Positions 46,144 to 56,263 of a DNA stretch of 64,000 bases are shown in pieces. The notes below the pieces were generated by a model, which searched no databases, was not told the DNA's origin, and was given only the letters and a program-made list of their open reading frames with translations. The position numbers were made by a program, and so were the translations under genes. The stretch covers positions 8,838 to 72,837 of the forward strand of contig JAUUZY010000002.1 of the NCBI GenBank assembly GCA_030592015.1. The letters are read 5' to 3'. This DNA is from Candidatus Peregrinibacteria bacterium (GTDB taxonomy: Bacteria; Patescibacteriota; Gracilibacteria; UBA1369; LOWO2-01-FULL-3). Each line of letters opens with the position of its first letter. Within the stretch, counting starts at the first letter, position 1.

Positions 46144-46800
46144 CTAGTTGTTCAGGATGGGATCCAAAATTTCGAAGGCTGCTATATTCACCTCATCTAT
46201 TGTTGGTTCTCCATTAATTTTTATCATTTTGTCTGCGTACAGCTCGATTGCAGGTACCGTTTCTTTGCTGAATGCTTCCAGTCTTGTTTTTATTGCATCT
46301 GCATTGTCATCTGATCGTGTGTATAGCTCTCCTTCACATTTTTCTCCATTTTCCATGGTCATGTCGCAGGTGTCTTCGTGGTAGTCTGCTGCATATATGT
46401 GTTTGCATTTTTTACACATTCTTCTTGTTGTGAGTCTTCTTAATGCTGTTTCTTCTGTGATTTCAAGTATTACTCCTCTGTAGCTACGATCGTATTTATC
46501 CAGTAGTGCATTTAGTGTGTTTGCTTGTTCTACTTTTCTTGGAATTCCATCAAAGATAACATTGATCCCTTTTTCCAGATTTTTCATGAAGTTTTCTACG
46601 ATTTCCATTACTACTTCATTTGAAACCAGATGTCCTGCTTCAATGATTGATTTTATTTTTTTTCCCAATTCTGAATCTTCTTTTGCAAGTTTTCTAAGTT
46701 CTGCCCCTGTTTCAAACACCTGAAATCCGTATCTTTTTGCTACGGCTTTACCAAGAGTCCCTTTTCCAGAACCCTGCATTCCAAAAAATATTAGATCCAT
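46144..46800 (-). CDS. adk: Adenylate kinase (Cys-containing lid)
   Basis: P-loop GMQGSGKGT; lid CKKCKHIY...C..GELYTRSDD. Confidence 0.95.
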   Translation of the reverse strand: MDLIFFGMQGSGKGTLGKAVAKRYGFQVFETGAELRKLAKEDSELGKKIKSIIEAGHLVSNEVVMEIVENFMKNLEKGINVIFDGIPRKVEQANTLNALLDKYDRSYRGVILEITEETALRRLTTRRMCKKCKHIYAADYHEDTCDMTMENGEKCEGELYTRSDDNADAIKTRLEAFSKETVPAIELYADKMIKINGEPTIDEVNIAAFEILDPILNN

Positions 46801-46818
46801 ATTATGGAGTTACGCTTT

Positions 46819-48117
46819 TTAATAAAATTTGCTGTAGTCGTGCATGACTAGCTGAGCATTGATTTGTCTTATAAGCTCGAGTACCACTCCCACGATGATA
46901 ATAATACCAGCTCCTGAGATTAGCAATGGAACTGATCCAAGCGTTGTACTCACGAAGAAAAATTGTATTATCAGTGGTGATATAGCGATGAATGCTAAGA
47001 AATTTGCTCCAAAGAATGTTAGTTTTTTTGATATGTTTGCTAGGTATTCTGAAGTTTGTCGGCCAGGTCTAATTCCCGGAATATATCCTCCTCTTTTCTG
47101 AATACTTTCGGCTATTTGATCAGGATTAAATGTGATTGAGACGTAGAAGAATGTGAATGCGACTACTAAAAGGAAATAGAATAATAGGTAAAATGCAGTG
47201 TTTGGTTGAAACAGTGCTCCCATAGTTGCTCCAATATTTCTTATGCTTTCTGATTCTGCGTTTGCTAGAAATTGTGCAAGTATTCCCGGGAAGCTTACTA
47301 ATGCTACCGCAAAGATAATGGGGATCATTCCTGCCTGATTGATTTTGATTGGCATGAATGCTTGATTTCCTCCACCTCTGGCCGATCTTCCTGCATAGGT
47401 GACTGGAATTCTTCTTTCTCCTTCTGTTACCAATACTACTATTATAAGAAGTATAATTGTTATTAGAACCATCAATATGAATGGTATCAGTTTACTTTCG
47501 TCGTCTTGAGCTAGAAACAAGCTTTGTCCAACAAGTGATGGTACCTGAGAGATGATACTTGCAAAGATCAGTAGGGATATTCCATTCCCTATTCCTTTCT
47601 CTGTAATCTGCTCTCCAAGCCATACCAATAAAACTGTTCCGGCAGAAATTGTAAGCATTATTGGTAGCACAACTGCTGCGTTTCCAATGTTTTCTATGAT
47701 TGGAATTTGTGATTGAGAGTTTAATAATATGATCATCCCGTATGATTGTAGGAATGCCAATGGCAATGTTAGCCATCTTGTATATGAGTTTATTTTTCTT
47801 CTTCCTGCTTCTCCTTCTTTTGATAAGTTTTCAAGCTTCGGAACCATTACGGCCATCAATTGCATGATAATTGATGCGTTGATGTATGGGGAAATCCCCA
47901 TAAGAACTATTGAAAAGTTTTCTGTACTACCTCCAGTTAAGAGGCTGAACATTTGTAATAATTCATTTCTACTTGAAACTGCTCTTAGAGCGTCCAGATT
48001 TGCTCCTGGAACTGTTATGTGTGCAATTGCTCTGTAAAGAACTAGCATTCCCAGAGTGAATAGTATTTTGTTCCTTAGATCTTTTGAATTCCAGATCTGT
48101 TTTAGATATGTGATCAT
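46819..48117 (-). CDS. secY: Preprotein translocase subunit SecY
   Basis: 432 aa, 10 TM helices, typical blocks (GISPYINASIIMQL, GEAGRRKI). Lies between rplO and adk. Confidence 0.96.
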   Translation of the reverse strand: MITYLKQIWNSKDLRNKILFTLGMLVLYRAIAHITVPGANLDALRAVSSRNELLQMFSLLTGGSTENFSIVLMGISPYINASIIMQLMAVMVPKLENLSKEGEAGRRKINSYTRWLTLPLAFLQSYGMIILLNSQSQIPIIENIGNAAVVLPIMLTISAGTVLLVWLGEQITEKGIGNGISLLIFASIISQVPSLVGQSLFLAQDDESKLIPFILMVLITIILLIIVVLVTEGERRIPVTYAGRSARGGGNQAFMPIKINQAGMIPIIFAVALVSFPGILAQFLANAESESIRNIGATMGALFQPNTAFYLLFYFLLVVAFTFFYVSITFNPDQIAESIQKRGGYIPGIRPGRQTSEYLANISKKLTFFGANFLAFIAISPLIIQFFFVSTTLGSVPLLISGAGIIIIVGVVLELIRQINAQLVMHDYSKFY

Positions 48118-48119
48118 TT

Positions 48120-48587
48120 TTAGTCAGTTTTAGTTTTTTCTTTTGTTAATAGTTCGATTTTGCATTTTTTTGCTTCTGCCTTCTTTATTGCTGAAGCTGA
48201 TGCTTTGTGAACTATTATAGTTAATGTTTTTTCTAATTCACCTTTTCCTCCCAGTAGTTTCACAGGTTTATTCTTTTTTGAGATTAGGTTCTTTGCATAA
48301 AGTGCAGCTGAGTCTACCGTAGCGTTGTCTTCAAAAACGTTTAGGTCTCCAACGTTAATTGCTTGGTACTCTATGTGGTTAATGTTCCTAAACCCCTTTA
48401 GTTTTGGCATACGTCTGATGTATGGAGTTTGTCCTCCTTCAAATCCAGGTCTTCTTCTTCCGCCACTTCTAGCTGTTTGTCCATTCATTCCTCTACAACT
48501 GAAAGTTCCGTGTCCTGAGCCATTTCCACGACCAACTCGTTTTTTCTTTTTTCTTCCTGTTTTGCTTCTTAGTTCCTGTAATGACAT
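48120..48587 (-). CDS. rplO: 50S ribosomal protein L15
   Basis: KKKKRVGRGNGSGHGTFSCRG. Confidence 0.95.
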   Translation of the reverse strand: MSLQELRSKTGRKKKKRVGRGNGSGHGTFSCRGMNGQTARSGGRRRPGFEGGQTPYIRRMPKLKGFRNINHIEYQAINVGDLNVFEDNATVDSAALYAKNLISKKNKPVKLLGGKGELEKTLTIIVHKASASAIKKAEAKKCKIELLTKEKTKTD

Positions 48588-48599
48588 GACTTAATATTA

Positions 48600-49268
48600 T
48601 TATTGTTTAGTAGTTTCTACTTTTTCTTCTGGCTTCTTTGCTTCCGGTTTCTTTGTCTCTGGCTTCTTTGTCTCTGGCTTTTTAGCCTCTGTGGTCTTTG
48701 CTTCTGGCTTCTTTGTCTCTGGCTTTTTCGCCTGCTCTTTCTTTGCTTTTGCTGCTGCCTCTTCTTTTACTTTCTTTTTTAGCATTCCCGGTGTAGTTCT
48801 CAATTGTTTTAGAGCTTCGAATGTAGCCTTTGTGTTGTTGAGTTTATTTGTTGTTCCGAATGATTTACTTAGAATATCTTTTATTCCTGCCAATTCCAGG
48901 ACTTTTCTGATTGGTCCTCCTGCGATGATTCCTGTACCAGGTCCTGCAGGGAGAAGTAGTATTTTTGATGCCTTGTATTTGATCTTCATATCGTGTGGGA
49001 TAGTTGATCCATCTAGAGGGACTACAATCAGGTTTCTTTTTGCCTTACTTATAGCTTTTTGAATTGCACCCGTTACCTCATGAGACTTTCCTATACCAAC
49101 TCCTACTTTTCCTTTCTTATTACCTATGGCTACGGTTGCACGAAATCTTAGTTTTCGTCCTCCTTTTACAACTCTAGTAACTCTATCTATTTGAATTACT
49201 TCTTCAGAAAATTCCTTTGGTTCTCTCTTCTTATGAAATCTTCCCTTTCTGTTTGATCCGTATCCCAT
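48600..49268 (-). CDS. rpsE: 30S ribosomal protein S5 with a ~60-aa K/E/P/T repeat tail
   Basis: RVTRVVKGGRKLRFRATVAIGN core. The C-terminus reads KKPETKKPEAKTTEAKKPETKKPETKKPEAKKPEEK. Confidence 0.95.
   Translation of the reverse strand: MGYGSNRKGRFHKKREPKEFSEEVIQIDRVTRVVKGGRKLRFRATVAIGNKKGKVGVGIGKSHEVTGAIQKAISKAKRNLIVVPLDGSTIPHDMKIKYKASKILLLPAGPGTGIIAGGPIRKVLELAGIKDILSKSFGTTNKLNNTKATFEALKQLRTTPGMLKKKVKEEAAAKAKKEQAKKPETKKPEAKTTEAKKPETKKPETKKPEAKKPEEKVETTKQ
48631..48735. repeat. Seven imperfect 15-bp tandem units (ggcttctttgtctct type) encoding the KKPET repeats of S5
   Basis: Read directly: units start at 48631, 48646, 48661, 48676, 48691, 48706 and 48721. Confidence 0.85.
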
Positions 49269-49283
49269 AGTAATTTTAGGTAA

Positions 49284-49625
49284 TTAGAATTTTAATCCTG
49301 CTTCACGAGCGCCATCAGCTACTGCTTTTACACGTCCATGATATTTGTATCCGTTTCTATCAAATGATACTGTTTCTATCTTTTTTTCCTTGGCCAATTT
49401 ACCGATTTCTTTCCCCAGTTCCAAGGCTTTTTCTGTTTTTGTCCCTTTCTTCATCTTCATGTCTGAACTTGATGCCAATGTGATGTTTTTTTCATCATCA
49501 ATAATTTGAGCATAAGTGTGTGTCAGGCTTCTTGTTACAACCAATCTTGGTCTTTTGCTTGAAGCTATTTTTTTTCGAATTTTGTTATGTCTTCGTTTTC
49601 TTGTTGTCTCTTTTTTACTTGGCAT
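49284..49625 (-). CDS. rplR: 50S ribosomal protein L18
   Basis: [20 protein letters not shown] ... [19 protein letters not shown]. Confidence 0.95.
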   Translation of the reverse strand: MPSKKETTRKRRHNKIRKKIASSKRPRLVVTRSLTHTYAQIIDDEKNITLASSSDMKMKKGTKTEKALELGKEIGKLAKEKKIETVSFDRNGYKYHGRVKAVADGAREAGLKF

Positions 49626-49647
49626 TTTATGTTAGTTTAGATTCTTT

Positions 49648-50202
49648 TTAAGCTGATGCACTTGCTGCTGCTTTACCAGCCTTTCGTGCTACGTATTCTC
49701 CTTCATAACGTATACCTTTCCCTTTGTATGGTTCTGGTTTTTTGTATGATCTTATTTTTGCTGCTGCTTCACCTACTAGCTGTTTGTCTATTCCTGTTAC
49801 TATGATTGTATTCTTATTCTCTTCGTCCATTTTGAATTCTACTCCGTCTGGTGCTACGTATTCGATTGGATGGGAGAATCCCAGGCTTAGTGTGATTTTT
49901 TTACCACTTGTCTTTGCTCTGTATCCTACTCCGATTATTTCCAATCTCTTCTCAAATCCTTTAGATACACCTTCAACCATATTTGCGAGTAGTGATCTAT
50001 ATAGCCCGTGTAGTGATCTGTTCAGCTTTGAATCGTTTGGTCTCAAAACTGTTAGTTCACCGTCTTTCATTTCCATCTTCATGTTTTCGTGAATTTCTTT
50101 TTTAAGTTCGCCTTTTGAGCCCTTTACAACGATAAGGTTGTTTTTGATCTCAATAGTTACTCCGCTTGGTATTGTAATTGGTTGTTTTCCTACTCGTGAC
50201 AT
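49648..50202 (-). CDS. rplF: 50S ribosomal protein L6
   Basis: MSRVGKQPITIPSGVTIEI. Confidence 0.95.
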   Translation of the reverse strand: MSRVGKQPITIPSGVTIEIKNNLIVVKGSKGELKKEIHENMKMEMKDGELTVLRPNDSKLNRSLHGLYRSLLANMVEGVSKGFEKRLEIIGVGYRAKTSGKKITLSLGFSHPIEYVAPDGVEFKMDEENKNTIIVTGIDKQLVGEAAAKIRSYKKPEPYKGKGIRYEGEYVARKAGKAAASASA

Positions 50203-50219
50203 TGTTTATTGTATTAAAA

Positions 50220-50603
50220 TTAGTAAACTTCACATATTAACTCTCCTCCTAGGTTTTGTTTTCTTGCTTCTACTGTCGACATTACTCCTCTTGCTGTAGT
50301 CATGATTCCTATACCTAGTCCATTTTTAATTCTTTTGATATCGCCACTCTTGATATAAATTCTTTGACCCGGTGAACTGACTCTCTTTAGATTTATATTT
50401 CTTCTTTCTTCTTTTAGCACTACTCTAAGTACTTTGAATTGTCCTTCTGTCTCTGTGTTGTGCTTATCTATGAATCCATACTGTTCCAAAACTTTCAATA
50501 CGCTTTCTTTGATTTTTGAATATGGCACAGTTAGATCTTGGTGATCTGCTTTTGTAGCGTTTCTAATTCTTGTTAATAGGTCTGCTATTGGGTCTGTATT
50601 CAT
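50220..50603 (-). CDS. rpsH: 30S ribosomal protein S8
   Basis: TDPIADLLTRIRNA. Confidence 0.95.
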   Translation of the reverse strand: MNTDPIADLLTRIRNATKADHQDLTVPYSKIKESVLKVLEQYGFIDKHNTETEGQFKVLRVVLKEERRNINLKRVSSPGQRIYIKSGDIKRIKNGLGIGIMTTARGVMSTVEARKQNLGGELICEVY

Positions 50604-50630
50604 ACTATTAAGTTTATCTAGTTATAAATT

Positions 50631-50855
50631 TTACCAGGATGATTTTGTCACTCCTGTAATTTTTCCTTCCTTTGCAAGTTCTCGGAAACAAATCCTACAA
50701 AGTGCAAATTTTCTCATATATCCACCGATTTTTCCACATTTTTTACATCTGTTGTATACTTTTGTGGGATGTTTAACTTTTTTGTTATTGGCAATTGCTT
50801 TCGCTGCTGCCTCTTGTCTTCTCCTTGTTTTTACTAATAATGCTGTTCTTGCCAT
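50631..50855 (-). CDS. rpsN: 30S ribosomal protein S14 (zinc-ribbon type)
   Basis: CKKCGK...[22 protein letters not shown]. Confidence 0.93.
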   Translation of the reverse strand: MARTALLVKTRRRQEAAAKAIANNKKVKHPTKVYNRCKKCGKIGGYMRKFALCRICFRELAKEGKITGVTKSSW

Positions 50856-50864
50856 TGTAGTTAG

Positions 50865-51416
50865 TTATTTTTTGAATGGGAATCCTAATTCTTTCAGTAA
50901 TGCGAGCCCTGATTCATCGTCTTTTGCATCTGTACCGATATTTACCTGTACTCCATGCAATTTTATTACATCGTCCGGGCTAATTTCCGGAAATACAATG
51001 TGTTCTTTAAATCCAATGCTGTAATTACCGTTTCCATCGAATGACTTTGGTGATAATCCACGGAAGTCTCTTACTCGAGGGAATACTATGTTCGTAAGTT
51101 TGTTTAGGAAGGCGTACATTTTTTTCCCTCTTAGAGTTACCGCTACTCCTATTACATCGTTTTCACGAATTTTGAAATTTGAGATAGCCTTTTTTGCTTT
51201 TGTAACTACCGGTTTAAGTCCTGTTATTGCTTGTACGTTTTCAACAATATGTGAATAATCTTTGTTTCCTTGTTTAACGTATGTACCAATTCCAACATTC
51301 ACAGTTATTTTTGTCACTTTTGGGATTGCCATAATATTTTTGATATTCAGCGACTCCTTAAGCTTTGGTGCAATTTCTGTTTTATACCTGGTTTGTAGGT
51401 CAGTTATTTCAGTCAT
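50865..51416 (-). CDS. rplE: 50S ribosomal protein L5
   Basis: 183 aa. NVGIGTYVKQ..., FPRVRDFRGLSPKSFDGNGNYSIGFKEHIVFPEI. Confidence 0.95.
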   Translation of the reverse strand: MTEITDLQTRYKTEIAPKLKESLNIKNIMAIPKVTKITVNVGIGTYVKQGNKDYSHIVENVQAITGLKPVVTKAKKAISNFKIRENDVIGVAVTLRGKKMYAFLNKLTNIVFPRVRDFRGLSPKSFDGNGNYSIGFKEHIVFPEISPDDVIKLHGVQVNIGTDAKDDESGLALLKELGFPFKK

Positions 51417-51418
51417 TA

Positions 51419-51736
51419 TTATTTCTTTTTATCAATAATTTCGTTTGAACTTTTGCAAATTCTTAGTTTTCTTTCTCCTTTGTTTTTCAGATAACCAATC
51501 CTAGTTGGCTTTCCTGTGATAGGGGAGATCAACTTTACATTTGATACATGTATCGGAGCTTCGTATTTAACGATTTCTCCTGCCTTTTGTGCTGTTTTCT
51601 TTATGTGCTTGGTTCTAATGTTTACCCCTTGAACAACTATTAATTCTTTCTTTTTCAAGGTTCTCATAACTTCGCCTTTCTTGCCTTTGTCTTTTCCAGC
51701 GATAACCAATACTGTGTCTTTTGCTCTAATTTTCAT
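51419..51736 (-). CDS. rplX: 50S ribosomal protein L24
   Basis: KIRAKDTVLVIAGKDKGKKGEV (KOW motif). Confidence 0.94.
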   Translation of the reverse strand: MKIRAKDTVLVIAGKDKGKKGEVMRTLKKKELIVVQGVNIRTKHIKKTAQKAGEIVKYEAPIHVSNVKLISPITGKPTRIGYLKNKGERKLRICKSSNEIIDKKK

Positions 51737-51738
51737 GA

Positions 51739-52107
51739 TTATAAAACTTCAGGTGCTAATGAAATAATTTTTTGGAAACCCTTATCTCGCAGTTCTCTTC
51801 CTACCGGTCCGAATACACGAGTTCCCCTTGGTTGTTTGTCTTTATCTACTATTACTACTGCATTTTCATCAAAACGTATGTATGTTCCGTCTTTTCTTCC
51901 CATCTCTTTTACTTGTCGTACTACAACGGCTCTTACTACTGCTTTTTTCTTTACTACTCCACGTGGACTAGCTTCTTTTACTGTTACTACGATTAAGTCT
52001 CCAATTCTTGCATATCTTCTCTTACTTCCACCAAGTACTTTTATACACTTAACCATCTTTGCTCCAGTGTTGTCTGCTACCTTTAATTTAGTTTCTGGTT
52101 GAATCAT
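51739..52107 (-). CDS. rplN: 50S ribosomal protein L14
   Basis: [17 protein letters not shown]. Confidence 0.96.
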   Translation of the reverse strand: MIQPETKLKVADNTGAKMVKCIKVLGGSKRRYARIGDLIVVTVKEASPRGVVKKKAVVRAVVVRQVKEMGRKDGTYIRFDENAVVIVDKDKQPRGTRVFGPVGRELRDKGFQKIISLAPEVL

Positions 52108-52119
52108 TTATCTGGTTTC

Positions 52120-52371
52120 TTAGTTATTAGTTTTTTCAGCTTGTTTTGGCTTTTCCAATGTCCACTTTTTTAGTTTACTTATTGGGCTTGTCTCGTAAAA
52201 TGTTATTTCATCTCCTATTTCGAATTTTGTATTTTCAGGATTGTGAATATGAAAGTTCTTTGATACACGGTATCTTTTCTTGTATTTAGGATGATTAACG
52301 TACCTGTGAACTGTTGCCACTATAGTTTTTTCCTGTTTCATACTCCTTACTATTCCTTTTTTAGATCTCAT
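52120..52371 (-). CDS. rpsQ: 30S ribosomal protein S17
   Basis: 83 aa. KTIVATVHRYVNHPKYKKRYRVSKNFHIHN. Confidence 0.94.
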   Translation of the reverse strand: MRSKKGIVRSMKQEKTIVATVHRYVNHPKYKKRYRVSKNFHIHNPENTKFEIGDEITFYETSPISKLKKWTLEKPKQAEKTNN

Positions 52372-52591
52372 TGTCTTTAGTTATTGGGTTAGTTTCTTTA
52401 ACTGCTTGTTTTTCCTTTATTATCGTTTCTATTCTAGCTACTTGCTTTCGTTGTCTTCCTACATGGTGAATGTTTTTTGATTGACCACTTTTTACCTCAA
52501 AACTTACTTTAAATAAAGCTTTTTCTGTTTCACTTTTTTCCAGCCTTAGCTTGTGTTCATCTAATTTTCTTAGTTCATCTATTGTTTTCAT
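52361..52591 (-). CDS. rpmC: 50S ribosomal protein L29
   Basis: 76 aa, helical. Sits between rplP and rpsQ. The assignment rests mainly on position and size. Confidence 0.85.
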   Translation of the reverse strand: MKTIDELRKLDEHKLRLEKSETEKALFKVSFEVKSGQSKNIHHVGRQRKQVARIETIIKEKQAVKETNPITKDNEI

Positions 52592-52593
52592 GT

Positions 52594-53013
52594 TTAAATT
52601 TCTTGAGTATTAATAAATTTGCACTTAACCGGCAATTTGAATGCTGCCAGCCTCATAGCCTCTTTTGCTGTTTCTAAGTCTACACCTTCCATTTCAAACA
52701 AAACTCTTCCTGGCTTTACTGTTGCGACAAAATGATCAGGTGCTCCTTTTCCACTTCCCATCGGTACCTCGGACGCTTTCCTTGTTATTGATTTATGTGG
52801 GAATATTGTTATCCATATCTTTCCTCCTCTTTTGGTATATCTTGTCATTGAACGTCTTGCTGCCTCGATTTGTCTTGAGGTCAATTCTCCTGCCGTTACT
52901 GCCTTCAATCCGTATGTACCGAATGTTACACGACTTCCTCTATAGGCTAATCCTTTTGTTGCAGATCTTCCTCTGAATACTTTCCTGTGCTTTTGCTTGC
53001 GTGGTACTAACAT
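52594..53013 (-). CDS. rplP: 50S ribosomal protein L16
   Basis: [16 protein letters not shown]; RMGSGKG-like block [13 protein letters not shown]. Confidence 0.96.
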   Translation of the reverse strand: MLVPRKQKHRKVFRGRSATKGLAYRGSRVTFGTYGLKAVTAGELTSRQIEAARRSMTRYTKRGGKIWITIFPHKSITRKASEVPMGSGKGAPDHFVATVKPGRVLFEMEGVDLETAKEAMRLAAFKLPVKCKFINTQEI

Positions 53014-53017
53014 GTTG

Positions 53018-53698
53018 TTATGATTGTTTAATTTCTTCTATTTGCTGTGACAACTTGTCCATTAGGTCTTTTTTGAACACTTCTCCTTTGTAAATCCATA
53101 CTTTTACTCCTATTTTTCCGTATGTAGTGCTAGCAGCAATTGATGTGTAGTCTATGTCGGCTCTGAATGTGTGTAGAGGGATCTTTCCTTTTGAGAAGAA
53201 TTCTCCTCGTGATATTTCCACTCCGTTCAGTCTTCCTCCTAGATAGATTTTTGCACCTAGTGCTCCGCTTTCCATTATTTTCTCTAAAGTTATCTTTGCT
53301 ACTCTTCTGTAGGAAACTCTCTTTTCTACCTGTCTTGCAATGCTTTCTGCCACTACTCTTGCATCTAGCATTGGTTTTTTAATCTCTTTAACGTTTATTG
53401 CGAATGTTTCTTTAAATTTCTTTGTTAGTGATTCTTTTAGTTTCTCGATTACTTCTCCACCACGTCCGATAATCAGCCCTGGCTTTGCAGTATATATGTT
53501 TATAAGTACTTTTCCTTGCGTACGCAGTATTTCTATCTTTGAGATACCTTCACTTGGAAGTTCTCCTTCTATAGCTTCCTCAATTTTTAGATCTTGATGA
53601 AAGAGTTTTTTAAAATCTCTTTTATTTGCGAACCATTTTGAGTTCCAGTCTTCTGTTATTCCTAATCTGATTACTTTTGGGTGTACTTTTTGTCCCAT
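53018..53698 (-). CDS. rpsC: 30S ribosomal protein S3
   Basis: [14 protein letters not shown]; KH domain [11 protein letters not shown]. Confidence 0.96.
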   Translation of the reverse strand: MGQKVHPKVIRLGITEDWNSKWFANKRDFKKLFHQDLKIEEAIEGELPSEGISKIEILRTQGKVLINIYTAKPGLIIGRGGEVIEKLKESLTKKFKETFAINVKEIKKPMLDARVVAESIARQVEKRVSYRRVAKITLEKIMESGALGAKIYLGGRLNGVEISRGEFFSKGKIPLHTFRADIDYTSIAASTTYGKIGVKVWIYKGEVFKKDLMDKLSQQIEEIKQS

Positions 53699-53703
53699 AA
53701 TTA

Positions 53704-54168
53704 TTAGTTAGTTTCTTCTTTATCTTTTTTACTTTTCGTAGGTTTTTCTTCTGTCTTTTTCTCAGTCTTCTCCTCAGTCTTCTTCTCTTTTTCCACCTTT
53801 TCAGTCTCTTTCTCTACTTTTTCTACTACTTCTTCTTCCTCTTCTTTTACCGCTAGTTTTACAGTTATGTGAGACGTTCTCTTTAGTAGGGGATGCATTC
53901 GTCCTCTTGATATTGGGATGCTTCTCTTATACGTAGCTCCTTCAGTTACTATTATTTCTTTAAGGTACAAACTGTCTTTGTTCTGTTTAAAATTGTTTTC
54001 CGCATTAGCTACTGCTGACTCGATTAGCTTTTTAATGATCGGTGCAGCTTTTTTGTTCGTAAACTTCAATGTTTCTACTGCATCTGCTACAGTCTTTGTC
54101 CTAACAAGCTGTGCTATAAGATTTGCTTTTTTAGGTGAGATTCTGATTTTTCGTAATATTGCTTTCAT
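53704..54168 (-). CDS. rplV: 50S ribosomal protein L22 with a ~45-aa E/K-rich tail
   Basis: LRKIRISPKKANLIAQLVR core. The tail reads EEEEEVVEKVEKETEKVEKEKKTEEKTEKKTEEKPTKSKKDKEETN. Confidence 0.94.
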   Translation of the reverse strand: MKAILRKIRISPKKANLIAQLVRTKTVADAVETLKFTNKKAAPIIKKLIESAVANAENNFKQNKDSLYLKEIIVTEGATYKRSIPISRGRMHPLLKRTSHITVKLAVKEEEEEVVEKVEKETEKVEKEKKTEEKTEKKTEEKPTKSKKDKEETN

Positions 54169-54178
54169 GTTTTGTTAT

Positions 54179-54451
54179 TTATCGTTTAGCTAGTCTTCCT
54201 CCATGACCCGGGAACTTCTTAGTTGGAGAGAATTCTCCCAGCTTATGTCCTACCATGTTTTCAGTTACAAACACTGGAATGAACTGCTTTCCGCTATGTA
54301 CTGCGAATGTATGTCCTACAAATTCCGGTGATATATCTGACCTTCTTGACCATGTCTTAATTGGTTTCTTTGACCCAGATTCGTCTAATCTTGCTACTTT
54401 TTTTAGCAATTTTGGGTCTATGTATGGTCCTTTCTTTGCACTTCTTCCCAT
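54179..54451 (-). CDS. rpsS: 30S ribosomal protein S19
   Basis: [18 protein letters not shown] ... [10 protein letters not shown]. Confidence 0.96.
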   Translation of the reverse strand: MGRSAKKGPYIDPKLLKKVARLDESGSKKPIKTWSRRSDISPEFVGHTFAVHSGKQFIPVFVTENMVGHKLGEFSPTKKFPGHGGRLAKR

Positions 54452-54476
54452 GGTATTAGGGTAATTGATTTATTTT

Positions 54477-55310
54477 TTACTTCCTGCGACGATCTTTTAC
54501 AATCATCTTATCTGTATAACGCCTTCTTCTTGTTTTGAATCCAAGTGCCGGTAATCCCCAAGGTGTCTTTGGATGTTTCATTCCAATTGAAGCACCTCCT
54601 TCTCCACCTCCATGTGGATGATCTACCGGGTTCATAGCCTTACCTCTTACCTGCGGCCTTCGTCCCATATGTCTTTTTCGTCCTGCTTTACCAATTGTTA
54701 TATTGCTGTGTTCTACGTTACTTACTATTCCTATAGTTGCGTAACATTTCTTGCTTACTAATCTTATTTCTCCGGATGGCATAGCGATTTGTGCATGCTT
54801 CCCTTCTAGAGATACCAGTTTTATACTTGTACCTGCGCTTCTTCCCATTTGCCCTCCTTTTCCTTCGTGTAGTTCAACATTGTAGATGCTGTATCCTACA
54901 GGAATCTGGCTTATGAGCATTCTGTTTCCTGTTTTAATCTTTGCCTTCTCTTTTGTAATAACTTTGTCTCCTACTGCGATTCCTTCTGGTGCTATATGAT
55001 ATCTTTTTTCTCCGTCTATATACTGTGCCAGCATGATGTAAGCAGTCCTATTTGGATCGTACTCTACCGACGTTATCTTTGCTTCTATACCGAGCTTGTC
55101 ACGTCTTTTGAAATCTATAATCCTGTAATGTCTCTTTTCACCACCACCTCTGTGTCTAACTGTAATTCTTCCTGTGTTGTTTCGTCCTGTAGTCTTTTTC
55201 ATCTTAGCTAACAGGCTTTTTTCAGGCTTTGTTCTAGTTACTTCATCAAAGGAAGCTACGCTCATTTGTCTTCGTCCCGGTGTTGTTGGTTTAAACTTTT
55301 TTACTGCCAT
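54477..55310 (-). CDS. rplB: 50S ribosomal protein L2
   Basis: [12 protein letters not shown]; [13 protein letters not shown]. Confidence 0.97.
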   Translation of the reverse strand: MAVKKFKPTTPGRRQMSVASFDEVTRTKPEKSLLAKMKKTTGRNNTGRITVRHRGGGEKRHYRIIDFKRRDKLGIEAKITSVEYDPNRTAYIMLAQYIDGEKRYHIAPEGIAVGDKVITKEKAKIKTGNRMLISQIPVGYSIYNVELHEGKGGQMGRSAGTSIKLVSLEGKHAQIAMPSGEIRLVSKKCYATIGIVSNVEHSNITIGKAGRKRHMGRRPQVRGKAMNPVDHPHGGGEGGASIGMKHPKTPWGLPALGFKTRRRRYTDKMIVKDRRRK

Positions 55311-55312
55311 GA

Positions 55313-55627
55313 TTATTTCTTCTTTTTAGGTTTAATTTCTTTAATTTTATTTGGGTCTATAGTTTGTTTTCCTTTTAATCTAACGATAGCTTTTTTGAAA
55401 AGTGGTCTCTTGGTCATTTCTCTTCCTCTTCCAACCAGTCTAACTTTTTTTGGTGTAATAATTGTTCTTACCTTAGCTGCGTCCACTCCGTATATAGCCT
55501 TAACTGCCATTTTTACATCAATCTTCGTAGCGTCTCTTCTTACAAGAAAGGTGTATTGCCCCAGAGCCTGCTGAGCAGAACTCTTTTCTGTAATTATTGA
55601 CTGTATTATTGTTGAGTAATTTTTCAT
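55313..55627 (-). CDS. rplW: 50S ribosomal protein L23
   Basis: 104 aa. [22 protein letters not shown]. Confidence 0.93.
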   Translation of the reverse strand: MKNYSTIIQSIITEKSSAQQALGQYTFLVRRDATKIDVKMAVKAIYGVDAAKVRTIITPKKVRLVGRGREMTKRPLFKKAIVRLKGKQTIDPNKIKEIKPKKKK

Positions 55628-56262
55628 TATTTAGCTTTGTTTAAGAATGTCTCTTTCAGTGTCGTTATTGCTTCTTTAAATATAAGTACCTTTCTGTACT
55701 TTTGTAGATCATGAATGTTTACATATCCTGCTAGGATAGTCTTTGTATTTGTGATATTGCTGCTTGATTTTTGAACTATAGCGTCCTTGCTTGGTATTAC
55801 TATCAGTACATTCCTTTCTATAGGTAGTTTGCTCAACAGTTCTGCAAAAGCTTTTGTTTTTGGGGCGTCAGCCTTATATCCTTCTAATGCGATTATTTCT
55901 CCGTTTCGTGCTTTTTCTGAAAGTGCAGAGAATAGAGCCTTTCTTCTTTGCTTCTTTGGCATGTCTTTATTGAAAGTTCTTTCTTTGCTTGGTCCGAATA
56001 CTACTCCACCACCACGCATATGTGGCGCTCTAATAGTTCCTTGCCTTGCTCGTCCTGTTCCTTTCTGTTTAAAAGGTTTTCTTCCGCCACCTCTCACTTC
56101 TCCACGTGTTTTTGTATGAGCAATCGCCACACGTTTATTGTGAAGCTGTCTAATCAAAGCTTGATGAATCAAATCTTTGTTTAGAGGTATCTCGAAGATT
56201 TCCTTTGGCAAATCAACTGTTCCATTCTTTTCTCCGGTTTGTGTGTATAGGTCTACTTTCAT
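55627..56262 (-). CDS. rplD: 50S ribosomal protein L4
   Basis: 211 aa. TKTRGEVRGGGRKPFKQKGTGRARQGTIRAPHMRGGG. Confidence 0.96.
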   Translation of the reverse strand: MKVDLYTQTGEKNGTVDLPKEIFEIPLNKDLIHQALIRQLHNKRVAIAHTKTRGEVRGGGRKPFKQKGTGRARQGTIRAPHMRGGGVVFGPSKERTFNKDMPKKQRRKALFSALSEKARNGEIIALEGYKADAPKTKAFAELLSKLPIERNVLIVIPSKDAIVQKSSSNITNTKTILAGYVNIHDLQKYRKVLIFKEAITTLKETFLNKAK

Positions 56263-56263
56263 C

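Noticed and set aside
48588-48599. A missed rpmD (L30) gene between rpsE and rplO.
   Set aside because: The gap is only 12 nt, so there is no room for a gene.
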